Shown here in pieces: positions 31,856 to 41,305 of a DNA stretch of 64,000 nt. The translations under genes were made by a program, and so were the position numbers. Numbering within the stretch: the stretch's first letter is position 1; the number at the start of each line of letters is the position of its first letter. Under the pieces are notes generated by a model. That model was not told where the DNA came from. It was given only the letters and a program-made list of their open reading frames with translations, and ran no database searches. This DNA comes from an uncultured Bacteriovoracaceae bacterium (GTDB lineage Bacteria > Bdellovibrionota > Bacteriovoracia > Bacteriovoracales > Bacteriovoracaceae): positions 1 to 64,000 of the forward strand of contig CAXGUD010000011.1 of assembly GCA_964012805.1 (NCBI GenBank), written 5' to 3'.

Positions 31856-33418
31856 ATGTCTGAGACTCAGGAAGAAAAGAGAAACTACCTTAATGAGCTT
31901 CGTTTAAAATCTACTTACCTAGGTGGGGAAGAGAGAGTAAAGAAGCAGCATGACTTAGGGAAATATACAGCACGAGAAAGAATTCAAAAGCTTTTGGATC
32001 CAGATACTTTTATTGAATTTGATAAATTTGTTTCCCATAAGTGTCATCAATTCGAAATGGAAAAGAAGAAGTTCTTGGGGGATGGAGTCGTTACCGGGTT
32101 AGGCGAAATAAACGGCCAAAAAGTTGCGCTTTATTCACAGGACTTTACTTGTTGGGGGGGAGCATTGGGTGCGGCCCACGCTCAAAAAATTTGTAAAATA
32201 ATGGATTACGCTCTCAGGAATAGGGTTCCAATTATTGGTATTAGTGATTCAGGTGGAGCTAGAATACAAGAAGGAGTTGAAAGCCTTGGGGGCTATGCAG
32301 AAATTTTTTACCGTAATGTAAAGTGCTCTGGCGTAATACCACAGATTTCTTTGATAATGGGTCCTTGCGCTGGAGGGGCTGTTTATTCACCGGCAATAAC
32401 AGATTTTGTTTTTATGGTAGAGGGCTCTTCTTACATGTTTGTAACTGGACCTGAGGTAATAAAAACAGTTACTCATGAAGAAGTTACTAAGGAAGATTTG
32501 GGAGGGGCGAAAACGCATAGTGAAGTCTCTGGAATTTCTAGCGTAACCTGCAAAAATGAAGATGATTGCTTTGAAAGAGTTCGTGAACTTTTAGGTTTTA
32601 TTCCTCCACATAATTTCTATAAGGCTGAGAAAAAGTGGACGTCTGATTCAGTCTCAAGAGAAAATTCAAAATTAAAGAGTATGATTCCAGATAATCCAAA
32701 AAAACCCTACGACATGAGGGATATCATTACTGAAATAATTGATGATGGAAACTTTTTAGAAATTCAAAAGGATTACGCAAAAAATATAATAATAGGTTTT
32801 TCTTCAATAGGTGGGATTAAATTAGGTATAGTTGCTAACCAACCAGCTCACCTTGCTGGAGTTTTAGATATAGATTCATCAGTAAAGGCTGCAAGATTTG
32901 TAAGGTTCTGTGATGCATTTGATATTCCTATATTGACTTTAGTTGATGTTCCTGGCTTCTTGCCTGGTACCCAGCAAGAGTTTGGAGGTATTATAAAGCA
33001 CGGGTCTAAGCTTTTATATGCTTTTTCTGAAGCAACGACACCCCTCATAACAATAATAACTAGGAAAGCATATGGTGGAGCTTATGATGTTATGGCATCC
33101 AAACATATTAGAGCGGATGTTAATTTAGCGTATCCGTCCGGAGAGATTGCAGTTATGGGAGCTGAAGGAGCAGTAAATATAGTTTTTAGAAAAGACCTCG
33201 TTGGCTTAGAGGGAAAAGAGCTTGAAGAAAAAAGAGCCGAATTGGTCCGCTCGTATGAAAAAGAGTTTGCAAACCCTTATAAGGCTGCTGAGTTAGGCTA
33301 TTTAGATAATATTATCCTTCCTGAAGAAACGAGGGGTATAGTTTACAAATATCTTTGTTCTTTGAAGAATAAAAAACACTATTTTCCAAAAAGAAAGCAC
33401 GGGAATATTCAGTTATGA
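31856..33418 (+). CDS. pccB: Propionyl-CoA carboxylase beta (carboxyltransferase) subunit
   Basis: DSGGARIQEG, GPCAGGAVYSPA, VDVPGFLPG, RKAYGGAY and C-terminal RKHGNIQL. A GGAGGG RBS precedes ATG 31856, and the mutase is nearby. Confidence 0.92.
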   Translation: MSETQEEKRNYLNELRLKSTYLGGEERVKKQHDLGKYTARERIQKLLDPDTFIEFDKFVSHKCHQFEMEKKKFLGDGVVTGLGEINGQKVALYSQDFTCWGGALGAAHAQKICKIMDYALRNRVPIIGISDSGGARIQEGVESLGGYAEIFYRNVKCSGVIPQISLIMGPCAGGAVYSPAITDFVFMVEGSSYMFVTGPEVIKTVTHEEVTKEDLGGAKTHSEVSGISSVTCKNEDDCFERVRELLGFIPPHNFYKAEKKWTSDSVSRENSKLKSMIPDNPKKPYDMRDIITEIIDDGNFLEIQKDYAKNIIIGFSSIGGIKLGIVANQPAHLAGVLDIDSSVKAARFVRFCDAFDIPILTLVDVPGFLPGTQQEFGGIIKHGSKLLYAFSEATTPLITIITRKAYGGAYDVMASKHIRADVNLAYPSGEIAVMGAEGAVNIVFRKDLVGLEGKELEEKRAELVRSYEKEFANPYKAAELGYLDNIILPEETRGIVYKYLCSLKNKKHYFPKRKHGNIQL

Positions 33419-34845
33419 CTAGTAAGAGAATCTTGATTATTAATAGAGGTGAGATAGCTGCACGGATTGCAAAAGCTATACGTGAATTGGGTCATACAGC
33501 TATAGGTGTTTGGACAGATAGTGAAGTTGAAGCTTCTCATCTTCAGTTTTGTGATGAGTGGGTTAACTTAGAAGGGAAAAGCAATACCGAAACTTATCTG
33601 AATATTCCAAAAATATTAGATTTAATTAAAAGTAATAGTGTTGATGCTGTTCACCCGGGTTACGGCTTTTTGGCCGAGAATGCTGACTTTGCGGAGGCAT
33701 TAGCTCGAGAAGGGGTAATATTCATTGGTCCTCATTCTGAAGCGATAAGGCTCATGGGAGACAAGGCTATTTCTAAAAAAAAGGCATTGGAAAGTAATGT
33801 TCCAGTGGTTCCAGGTTCTAAAGGGGTTGTTGATACTCTAGATGAAGCTTTTTTGGTTTGTGATGAAATAGGTTTTCCAATTCTTTTGAAGGCTGTTGCT
33901 GGAGGCGGTGGCAAAGGTATGAGAGCTTGTTTCAGTCGGGAAGAGGTTCAAATAAACTTTGAGGTAGTCCAAAGAGAATCCCTAGCAGCTTTTGGTAATG
34001 GAGACTTGCTTGTTGAAAAGCTAATTGTAAACCCGAGGCATATTGAAGTGCAGGTTTTAGGAGATAAAAAGGGAAATATTTTTCATTTCTATGAAAGGGA
34101 ATGCTCTATTCAAAGGCGCCACCAGAAAATTGTTGAAGAAGCTCCTTCGCCGTTTATTGGAGAGGATGATGATCTAAGAAATAAGATATGCGAAACAGCT
34201 GTAAGCCTTGCTAAAGCAGTTAAATATGACTCTGCTGGAACGGTTGAGTTTATTATGGGTGAAGACAAGTCCTTTTACTTTTTAGAAATGAATACAAGAA
34301 TACAGGTAGAGCACCCTGTTACTGAGAAAATAACTGGAATAGATTTGATTGTTTGTATGATTCAAGCCGCCTTAGAAGATGACGTTGGTATTCCAAATCA
34401 ATCATGGATTAGACGCTCCGGGCATGCAATTGAATGCAGAGTTTGTGCGGAAGATCCAATAACAATGTTACCTGCTCCAGGCACATTGACTGGGTTTGAA
34501 ACTTGTTTTCCTCAGGGAACTAGGTTTGACAACTGTTTATACCCTGGCTTGGTTGTAACTCCTGACTTTGACCCTATGGTCGGGAAGCTTGTTGTTAAAG
34601 GAATTGTGAGAAGTGTGGCAATTAGAAAAATGAGAGCGGCACTAAATGGTCTATTGATTGAGGGCTTGAAGACTAATGTTCCTTTATTAAAAGAAATAAT
34701 AAAAAATGAAAACTTTGTGAAAGGTGTGTATTCTACGGACTTTATTGAAGAAGAAAAACCTCAGGACCATGTGAGTCAAGAAAGAGATATTTTAAATATT
34801 TTCAAAAAATTAGCCATTGTTGAGGCAAGAAAGATAGGGCTTTAA
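33415..34845 (+). CDS. Biotin carboxylase subunit of acyl-CoA (propionyl-CoA) carboxylase
   Basis: NRGEIA, HPGYGFLAEN, GGGGKGMR, ERECSIQRRHQK and FLEMNTRIQVEHPVTE motifs; no fused biotinyl domain. Confidence 0.95.
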   Translation: MTSKRILIINRGEIAARIAKAIRELGHTAIGVWTDSEVEASHLQFCDEWVNLEGKSNTETYLNIPKILDLIKSNSVDAVHPGYGFLAENADFAEALAREGVIFIGPHSEAIRLMGDKAISKKKALESNVPVVPGSKGVVDTLDEAFLVCDEIGFPILLKAVAGGGGKGMRACFSREEVQINFEVVQRESLAAFGNGDLLVEKLIVNPRHIEVQVLGDKKGNIFHFYERECSIQRRHQKIVEEAPSPFIGEDDDLRNKICETAVSLAKAVKYDSAGTVEFIMGEDKSFYFLEMNTRIQVEHPVTEKITGIDLIVCMIQAALEDDVGIPNQSWIRRSGHAIECRVCAEDPITMLPAPGTLTGFETCFPQGTRFDNCLYPGLVVTPDFDPMVGKLVVKGIVRSVAIRKMRAALNGLLIEGLKTNVPLLKEIIKNENFVKGVYSTDFIEEEKPQDHVSQERDILNIFKKLAIVEARKIGL

Positions 34846-35358
34846 ATGAGATATTATTTGATAGATCAGGAAAAAGATGAGCTTGTCATTGACCTTCAGC
34901 TCGTTAAAAAACATGATAATAATCTATTTGAGTTTCAGCTTTGTTTCTTAGAAAATAATGTGATAAAAAGTACACAGTTGGTATATACAAGGAAACTTGC
35001 GGGGCAATATTTTGTGAGCCTCAACCTTTCTTCTTGGGAAAAAGTATCGCCTCAGGTCTTTCCAAGAATTTTTTTGGATAGAGGTAAAGTTTATGATTTG
35101 TATAGAGGTTTCAAACCAAGTGGCTTGGGTGAGGTTGATGAGGGCGAATTAGTTACCCATATGCCAGGAAAGGTTGTTAAAATTGAAGTTGGAAAGGGTC
35201 AGGAAGTAAAAAAGGGTCAAACTCTCATCGTTTTGGAGGCGATGAAGATGGAAAATGAAATAAAGAGTGGCATGGATGGGATTGTAAAGAGTGTGCATGT
35301 TCAGGAAGGACAAGTTTTAGATGAAGGCATTTTAATGATGGAAGTAGAAAGGGATTAA
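34846..35358 (+). CDS. Biotin carboxyl carrier protein (N-terminal linker domain plus biotinyl domain)
   Basis: MPGKVV...LEAMKMENEI biotinylation motif. Confidence 0.93.
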   Translation: MRYYLIDQEKDELVIDLQLVKKHDNNLFEFQLCFLENNVIKSTQLVYTRKLAGQYFVSLNLSSWEKVSPQVFPRIFLDRGKVYDLYRGFKPSGLGEVDEGELVTHMPGKVVKIEVGKGQEVKKGQTLIVLEAMKMENEIKSGMDGIVKSVHVQEGQVLDEGILMMEVERD

Positions 35359-35361
35359 TTT

Positions 35362-36378
35362 ATGAATAGTTATAATAATCAGCCGAATTTTGAGGCTGAC
35401 CTCGCAAAGTTTTTTAATGAATTTAAAAATAATTTTAAATTCATAGGAACAGGGTTAATTATCTTATTCCTCTTGGTTTTGGGTTCCACATCATTCTACA
35501 CTGTTGAACCTGAAGAGGAGGCAGTTATCATAAGGCTAGGAAAATATGAGGGGACCTATCCGCCAGGTCTTCATTTCAAAATCCCTTTGGGTGTTGATAG
35601 GGTCATAAAGGTAAAAACCAAAAAAATTCATCAAATATCTTTTGGCTTTGTTCCACAAACAAGTGGGCGTCGTTTAAGGTTTCGGTCGGATGCTTTTGAT
35701 GATGAGTCCCTAATGTTAACAGGGGATTTAAACGTTGCAGACGTGGAATGGGTTGTTCAATTTCAAATTTCCGACCCTTTTAAGTTTCTCTTTCAAACAG
35801 CTTCCCCTGAGAAGAACATAAAAGATGTTTCCGAATCCATAATGAGGAGAGTCATTGGAGACAGGCTTGTAACGGAAGTCCTTACTACCGGAAGAGTTGA
35901 AATTGCTGCTGAAGTTCAGGAGCTTATGCAAGATCTTTTAAACAAGTACGATATGGGAGTTCAAATATTTACGGTTCAGCTACAAAACGTTAACCCACCT
36001 GAAATTGTCAAAGCGTCATTTAATGAAGTGAATGAGGCCAAACAGGAGCAGGAAAAAGTTATAAACCAAGCTGAAGAAGCTTATAACAAGGTTATTCCTG
36101 AAGCAAGAGGTAAAGCTGAGAAACAAATTTCAGAAGCAGAGGGGTTTGCTGAAGCTACTGTGAATAGAGCAAAGGGTGATGCGAAAAAGTTTACATCAGT
36201 TCTTTTGGAATACAAAAGAGCTCCTGCTGTAACCAGAAAAAGAATGTATCTTGAAACTATGGAAGAAGTCCTTTCTAAACTTGATGATCTGACTATTATT
36301 GATTCAAAAGTAAAAGGCGTCTTGCCTATCTTTCAAAAAACAAATGAGTCAATTATTTTAAATAAGGATAAGTCATGA
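35362..36378 (+). CDS. hflK: FtsH protease modulator HflK
   Basis: TM helix then SPFH domain; MLTGDLNVADVEW, IPEARGKA, APAVTRKRMYLETME. Confidence 0.93.
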   Translation: MNSYNNQPNFEADLAKFFNEFKNNFKFIGTGLIILFLLVLGSTSFYTVEPEEEAVIIRLGKYEGTYPPGLHFKIPLGVDRVIKVKTKKIHQISFGFVPQTSGRRLRFRSDAFDDESLMLTGDLNVADVEWVVQFQISDPFKFLFQTASPEKNIKDVSESIMRRVIGDRLVTEVLTTGRVEIAAEVQELMQDLLNKYDMGVQIFTVQLQNVNPPEIVKASFNEVNEAKQEQEKVINQAEEAYNKVIPEARGKAEKQISEAEGFAEATVNRAKGDAKKFTSVLLEYKRAPAVTRKRMYLETMEEVLSKLDDLTIIDSKVKGVLPIFQKTNESIILNKDKS

Positions 36379-37364
36379 AACAAAAGAGCTTAATTGCTTT
36401 AGTTATAATTCTTGTAGTGGGTGGTGTTTTTCTTAAGGAGTCTGTCTATGTTTTAAACCCTGGACAGCAGGCAGTAGTGACTCAGTTCGGAAAGCCTATT
36501 GGCAAGCCAAAAACGGAAGCTGGGCTAGGATTTAAGACACCTTTTGTTCAAAAAGTTCGATACGTAGATAAAAGGATATTAAATTGGGATGGAATACCTA
36601 AGCAGGTTACAACCAAAGATAAGAAGTTTATTAAGGTTGATACTACAGCTCGTTGGAGAGTCACGAATGCATTAACTTTTTTACAAACAGTTCAGGGTGA
36701 AAGAGGTGCTCAGTTTAAAATCGGTGCGATATTGGACTCAGCTACTAAAAACGTTATTTCAAGGCATAACCTTGTTGAAGCTGTTAGGAACTCAAACTTA
36801 ATTGAGAATAAAATAAAGGAAAAAAAGAAAGAGATCTCAGAGAAGAGAGCTAAAGGTGAGACATTTATTGAAGATGAGTTAAGTGGAGAAGTTGAAAGAA
36901 TTGATGTTGGAAGAGAACAGCTGAGTTTGTTGATTGCAAAGGACGCAAGTACTGGCTTATTGAAGTTCGGGATAGAGCTGATTGATGTTCAACTAAAAAG
37001 AATCTCTTATGACAAATCTGTTGAGAAAAAAGTGTATGAGAGGATGATTTCAGAAAGAAAAAAGATTGCAGAAAAAATAAGGTCTATTGGTCAAGGTGAA
37101 AAAGCTAAAATTGAGGGACGCTTGACGAAGGACCTTCAAAAGATAGAGTCTGAAGCTTATAGGAAGGCGCAAGAGATAAGGGGTGTTGCTGAGGCAAAGT
37201 CAATCGCTATTTATGCCAAGTCTTTAAAGTCAGGGTCGGACTTTTATGAGTTTATGCGTTCTATGGAAGCTTATAAAAATACTTTTTCTAATAAGTCTAA
37301 GTTCTTGTTATCTTCAGAGTCTAAATTTTTAAAATTTCTTAAAAATGGTAGCCTTACAGAATAA
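36375..37364 (+). CDS. hflC: FtsH protease modulator HflC
   Basis: TM helix then SPFH domain; TKDKKFI.VDT.ARWRV, VYERMISER, FYEFMRSMEAY. Confidence 0.93.
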   Translation: MKQKSLIALVIILVVGGVFLKESVYVLNPGQQAVVTQFGKPIGKPKTEAGLGFKTPFVQKVRYVDKRILNWDGIPKQVTTKDKKFIKVDTTARWRVTNALTFLQTVQGERGAQFKIGAILDSATKNVISRHNLVEAVRNSNLIENKIKEKKKEISEKRAKGETFIEDELSGEVERIDVGREQLSLLIAKDASTGLLKFGIELIDVQLKRISYDKSVEKKVYERMISERKKIAEKIRSIGQGEKAKIEGRLTKDLQKIESEAYRKAQEIRGVAEAKSIAIYAKSLKSGSDFYEFMRSMEAYKNTFSNKSKFLLSSESKFLKFLKNGSLTE

Positions 37365-37404
37365 AATTAAAAAGTTCTTTTAATTTTAAAAGAACTTTTT
37401 AATT
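37365..37404. terminator. Perfect 19-bp inverted repeat between convergent hflC and meaB (probable bidirectional terminator)
   Basis: AATTAAAAAGTTCTTTTAA-TT-TTAAAAGAACTTTTTAATT. Confidence 0.6.
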
Positions 37405-38351
37405 ACCTCAGATGCAGCCATCTGAGGTGTTTTCAGTTCTTTTGTCACCATTTCTTCTAATTTGGGGATAAGTCCGGTAAGCTCTGGGTGGTTCTTTAGT
37501 TTCGTTTCGATAGAGTCTCTTATAAGTGACCACATCCAGTCAGTAGATTGTTGAGCTCTTCTTTTTTGAAAAAAGCCTCCGCTTTTAGATGTTTGTTGAA
37601 ATTCACAAATCATATTCCAGACTTTGTCGATATTTTTAGATTCAATAGCTGAGCATGAAATAACCTGCTGTTTCCAAAATGAGTGGGACACTAGTAACTT
37701 TAAAGCGCTTTCATACTGAGACTTAGTTTTTTGAGCCACATTTATTGTATCTCCGTCAGCTTTATTTATAATAAGGGCGTCCGCGAGCTCTACAATTCCT
37801 TTTTTTATACCTTGAAGTTCATCACCAGCATTAGGTAATAGCATTACTAAGAAAAAATCAACCATGTTTGATACAGTTACCTCATTCTGGCCTACGCCGA
37901 CAGTCTCTACGATTATGACATCAAACCCTGCTGCTTCACATAGCAATATAGTTTCACGGGACTTTTGGGTGACTCCACCTGAGGCGCCAGAGGAAGGAGA
38001 AGGTCTAATAAATACATCATCTTCTCTTGATAGTTTTTCCATTCTTGTTTTGTCTCCTAGAATACTTCCTCCAGTGACTGGGGAGCTAGGATCGATTGTC
38101 AGAACGGCGATTCTTTTTTTTTGCTTTAAAATATGTAAACCGGCAGATTCAATAAAAGTGGATTTTCCAACGCCTGGGCTTCCTGATATCCCTATGCGTA
38201 TAGATTTACCAGTATGGGGAAGAATTTGGTCAATTAACTTTTGTGCTTCAATTTTGTGTGAAGGTTTCTTGCTCTCAATAAGTGTAATAGCTTTTGCCAG
38301 AGAGACTCTATTTCCTTTAAGGAGTTCTTCAATGTTGATTTTATTTTTCAT
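37386..38351 (-). CDS. meaB: Methylmalonyl-CoA mutase-associated GTPase MeaB/ArgK
   Basis: GSPGVGKST, DPSS..TGGSILGDKTRM, ETVGVGQ and GDELQGIKKG motifs. Confidence 0.97.
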   Translation of the reverse strand: MKNKINIEELLKGNRVSLAKAITLIESKKPSHKIEAQKLIDQILPHTGKSIRIGISGSPGVGKSTFIESAGLHILKQKKRIAVLTIDPSSPVTGGSILGDKTRMEKLSREDDVFIRPSPSSGASGGVTQKSRETILLCEAAGFDVIIVETVGVGQNEVTVSNMVDFFLVMLLPNAGDELQGIKKGIVELADALIINKADGDTINVAQKTKSQYESALKLLVSHSFWKQQVISCSAIESKNIDKVWNMICEFQQTSKSGGFFQKRRAQQSTDWMWSLIRDSIETKLKNHPELTGLIPKLEEMVTKELKTPQMAASEVIKKFF

Positions 38352-38358
38352 ATTTAAT

Positions 38359-40518
38359 CTATTTATCTAAAAAGTTTTTAATTGCTTGAAGGACTTCTTT
38401 TGCTGCTTTAGGTATTGGGGTTCCAGGTCCAAAAATCCCTTTAACACCCATTTTGTAGAGTAAGTCATAATCAGTTTTAGGAATAACTCCTCCAGCAATG
38501 ACTATAATTTCTTCGGCTTTTTGCTTTTTTAGCTCTTGAATGAGCTGAGGTATAAGAGTTTTATGTCCGGCTGCTTGGGATGAGACTCCAACTACATGGA
38601 CATCATTTTCTATTGCTTGTTTAGCCACCTCTTCTGGTGTGGAAAAAAGAGGAGCTATATCAATATCGAATCCGACATCTGCAAAAGCTGTTGCGATGAC
38701 TTTTGCTCCTCTATCATGACCATCCTGTCCCATTTTTGCGACAATCATTCTAGGCCTTCGACCATAGCTCTTTTCAAATTCTTCAATGTCTTCTTTTATT
38801 TTAAGCCATTCTTTATCATTTTCGTACAAGCTTCCATATACTCCTGTTATAGTTTGGTTGTTTGAGTTATAGCGGCCCCAAACTTTTTCTAGGGCAAAAG
38901 TAATCTCTCCAACGGAGCATCTTACTTGGGCAGCTTTTATGGCAAGATCTAGCGCATTACCCTTTCCTGTTTCAGCATAGGCCGTTAGATTTTCAAGGGC
39001 TTCGTTGACTAGCTTTTCGTCTCTTTGATTTCGTAACTTTGAAAGCTTTTCTAACTGAGAATTCCTGACTTTTTCGTTGTCAACTTCGAGAATATCTATA
39101 TCTTCTTCTATTTCAATTTTAAATTTATTTACTCCTACTATAACTTCCTCTCCCCTATCAATGAGAGCTTGCTTTTTTGCTGCCGCTTCTTCTATTTTTA
39201 ATTTTGGTACGCCAGACTCTACCGCTTTTATCATTCCACCTTGTTCTTCAATTTCCTCAATGAGGGCCCAAGCTTTTTCAGCAATTTCTTTTGTGAGGCT
39301 CTCCATCATGTATGAGCCTCCCCATGGGTCTACTACCTTTGTTATTTTTGTTTCTTCCTGAAGAATAATTTGGGTATTTCTTGCAATTCTTGCTGAAAAC
39401 TCTGTTGGCAACGCTACAGCCTCATCTAAAGCATTTGTATGGAGTGATTGTGTTCCTCCAAAGATGGCTGACATTGCTTCTATGGTGGTTCTAATAACAT
39501 TGTTATAAGGGTCTTGCTCTGTTAAGGACCAACCAGATGTTTGGCAATGAGTCCTTAACATTTTAGATTTTTCATTTTTTGGCTTAAAAGCCGTAACAAT
39601 TTTATCCCAAAGAAATCTAGCTGCCCGAAGTTTTGCGATTTCCATATAGAAGTTCATTCCGATGCCAAAGAAAAAAGATAGGCGTGGAGCAAATTTATCA
39701 ATATCCAGTCCTTCATTTACTGCTGTTTTGATATACTCTTTTCCGTTGGCAAGGGTATAAGCGAGTTCAAGTGCTGCATCAGCACCTGCCTCTTGTATAT
39801 GATATCCTGAAATTGAAATAGAGTTATATTTGGGCATATGTTGGCTAGTATAAGAAATGATATCTGCAATGATTTTCATAGAGGGACGTGGGGGGAAAAT
39901 ATACGTGTTTCTTACCATGAACTCTTTTAAGATATCATTCTGTATCGTTCCAGATAACTTTTCTTTGTTTACACCTTGTTCTTCTGCAGCAACGATATAA
40001 TTGGCAAGAATTGGTAAAACGGCTCCATTCATTGTCATTGAAACTGAAATTTTATCTAGCGGTATTTGGTCAAAAAGGACTTTCATATCCTCAACACTAT
40101 CAATGGCCACACCGGCTTTACCTACATCTCCTTGAACTCTTGGGTGATCAGAGTCATAACCTCTATGGGTTGCAAGATCGAAGGCGACAGAAATGCCTTG
40201 ACCTCCTGCTGAGAGGCTTTTTCTATAAAATGCGTTCGATTCTTCAGCAGTTGAAAACCCTGCATATTGACGAATAGTCCAAGGCCTACCTGCATACATT
40301 GTTGCCCTTGGGCCTCTTTTATAGGGCGAAAAGCCAGGTAGAACATCAAGATCATCAATTTCTTTTAAGTCTTCCTCTGTGTATAAGGGCTTTATTCTTA
40401 TATCTTCAGGGCTAGTCCAAATGAGCTCATCTACAGGCTTCCCTTTCCTTTCTTGCTGCGCTTTTTCATTCCACTTTGAAATTTTTTCTTTGAGTGATTG
40501 ATTTGTAGGTCTTGCCAT
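38359..40518 (-). CDS. scpA: Methylmalonyl-CoA mutase (B12-dependent, single-chain)
   Basis: WTIRQYAGF (Tyr at the MCM specificity position), [11 protein letters not shown] and the B12-binding motif GQDGHDRG. Confidence 0.97.
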   Translation of the reverse strand: MARPTNQSLKEKISKWNEKAQQERKGKPVDELIWTSPEDIRIKPLYTEEDLKEIDDLDVLPGFSPYKRGPRATMYAGRPWTIRQYAGFSTAEESNAFYRKSLSAGGQGISVAFDLATHRGYDSDHPRVQGDVGKAGVAIDSVEDMKVLFDQIPLDKISVSMTMNGAVLPILANYIVAAEEQGVNKEKLSGTIQNDILKEFMVRNTYIFPPRPSMKIIADIISYTSQHMPKYNSISISGYHIQEAGADAALELAYTLANGKEYIKTAVNEGLDIDKFAPRLSFFFGIGMNFYMEIAKLRAARFLWDKIVTAFKPKNEKSKMLRTHCQTSGWSLTEQDPYNNVIRTTIEAMSAIFGGTQSLHTNALDEAVALPTEFSARIARNTQIILQEETKITKVVDPWGGSYMMESLTKEIAEKAWALIEEIEEQGGMIKAVESGVPKLKIEEAAAKKQALIDRGEEVIVGVNKFKIEIEEDIDILEVDNEKVRNSQLEKLSKLRNQRDEKLVNEALENLTAYAETGKGNALDLAIKAAQVRCSVGEITFALEKVWGRYNSNNQTITGVYGSLYENDKEWLKIKEDIEEFEKSYGRRPRMIVAKMGQDGHDRGAKVIATAFADVGFDIDIAPLFSTPEEVAKQAIENDVHVVGVSSQAAGHKTLIPQLIQELKKQKAEEIIVIAGGVIPKTDYDLLYKMGVKGIFGPGTPIPKAAKEVLQAIKNFLDK

Positions 40519-40641
40519 TTTTTCCTTCTAAGAGACTTTAACTATTAGGATAGAGACAAAAACTACCAAAAAAGTTTTGATAAGACTATCAGAGGAGGCT
40601 TTTTAGTCTTTTAAATTAAAGCTTTGGAAATTCTTTCCAAA

Positions 40642-40669
40642 TTGAAACATTCCACTCTTTTGTTAAAAT
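40642..40669 (+). promoter_or_regulatory. Putative sigma70 promoter for the 40706 ORF
   Basis: TTGAAA-N16-TAAAAT with an extended -10 TG. Confidence 0.5.
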
Positions 40670-40705
40670 TAAGATAGTTGATTAAATTGTTTTAGGGGTA
40701 TTTTT

Positions 40706-41305
40706 ATGACAAATAAGGGACCTAAGCAAGAAATCCCAAAGTTAATTGAGGAAGCTAGTCTGCAAGGTCTCTTTTATGATCAATTGCAAATCATTAATGA
40801 AAGCATTTCTAGACCTCTTCCCGTGGAAGCAATCCACTACTCAAGCTTAGTTTTTTCAAAGTTTAAAGACTCAAAGGCTTATTTTGAGGAGATTGAAGGG
40901 AAATATAAAGAAAAAGTTTTAGGGATTCAACTTTTAGAGGCAACAAATCTTTCTAAGTCTGAGCAAAAGTCCAAGCTTATGGATGTTGGAGAGACTTCAA
41001 TGCTTCTGTGTGGCATGTTCAAAGACTCTTTAAACAAAAAGCTAAATGATCCAAAGTACTATAGTGAGCTTGGAATGATGGCCTATAAAAGGTTAAACCA
41101 TATTGTTCCGAGAGCTTATGAGTTAAACTCATTTTATGGAATAATAGCTTCTTACTTTACCGTAATTACGACAATGATTAGTGCTATTGCAAAAAGTAAT
41201 TTTGATGTAGAGAAGAGTACCTATATCTATAAACTAGATAATTTTGATGAAAAATATTTTCTTCAGTCAGAAGTCTTAAAAGCTAAGACGAAAAAAATTT
41301 CTTAA
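40706..41305 (+). CDS. Hypothetical helical protein
   Basis: 199-aa ORF with a promoter candidate and a GGGG RBS. It contains an L.DVGE.S....G.F.DSL..K....YY..LG..AY pattern that resembles an uncharacterised family, but no function is recognised. Confidence 0.75.
   Translation: MTNKGPKQEIPKLIEEASLQGLFYDQLQIINESISRPLPVEAIHYSSLVFSKFKDSKAYFEEIEGKYKEKVLGIQLLEATNLSKSEQKSKLMDVGETSMLLCGMFKDSLNKKLNDPKYYSELGMMAYKRLNHIVPRAYELNSFYGIIASYFTVITTMISAIAKSNFDVEKSTYIYKLDNFDEKYFLQSEVLKAKTKKIS

Noticed and set aside
37864..38370. 168-aa plus-strand ORF
   Set aside because: Antisense shadow of meaB.
40519..40705. Cobalamin riboswitch upstream of the mutase
   Set aside because: The region is short and AT-rich, and no B12-box or conserved riboswitch core was recognisable by eye.
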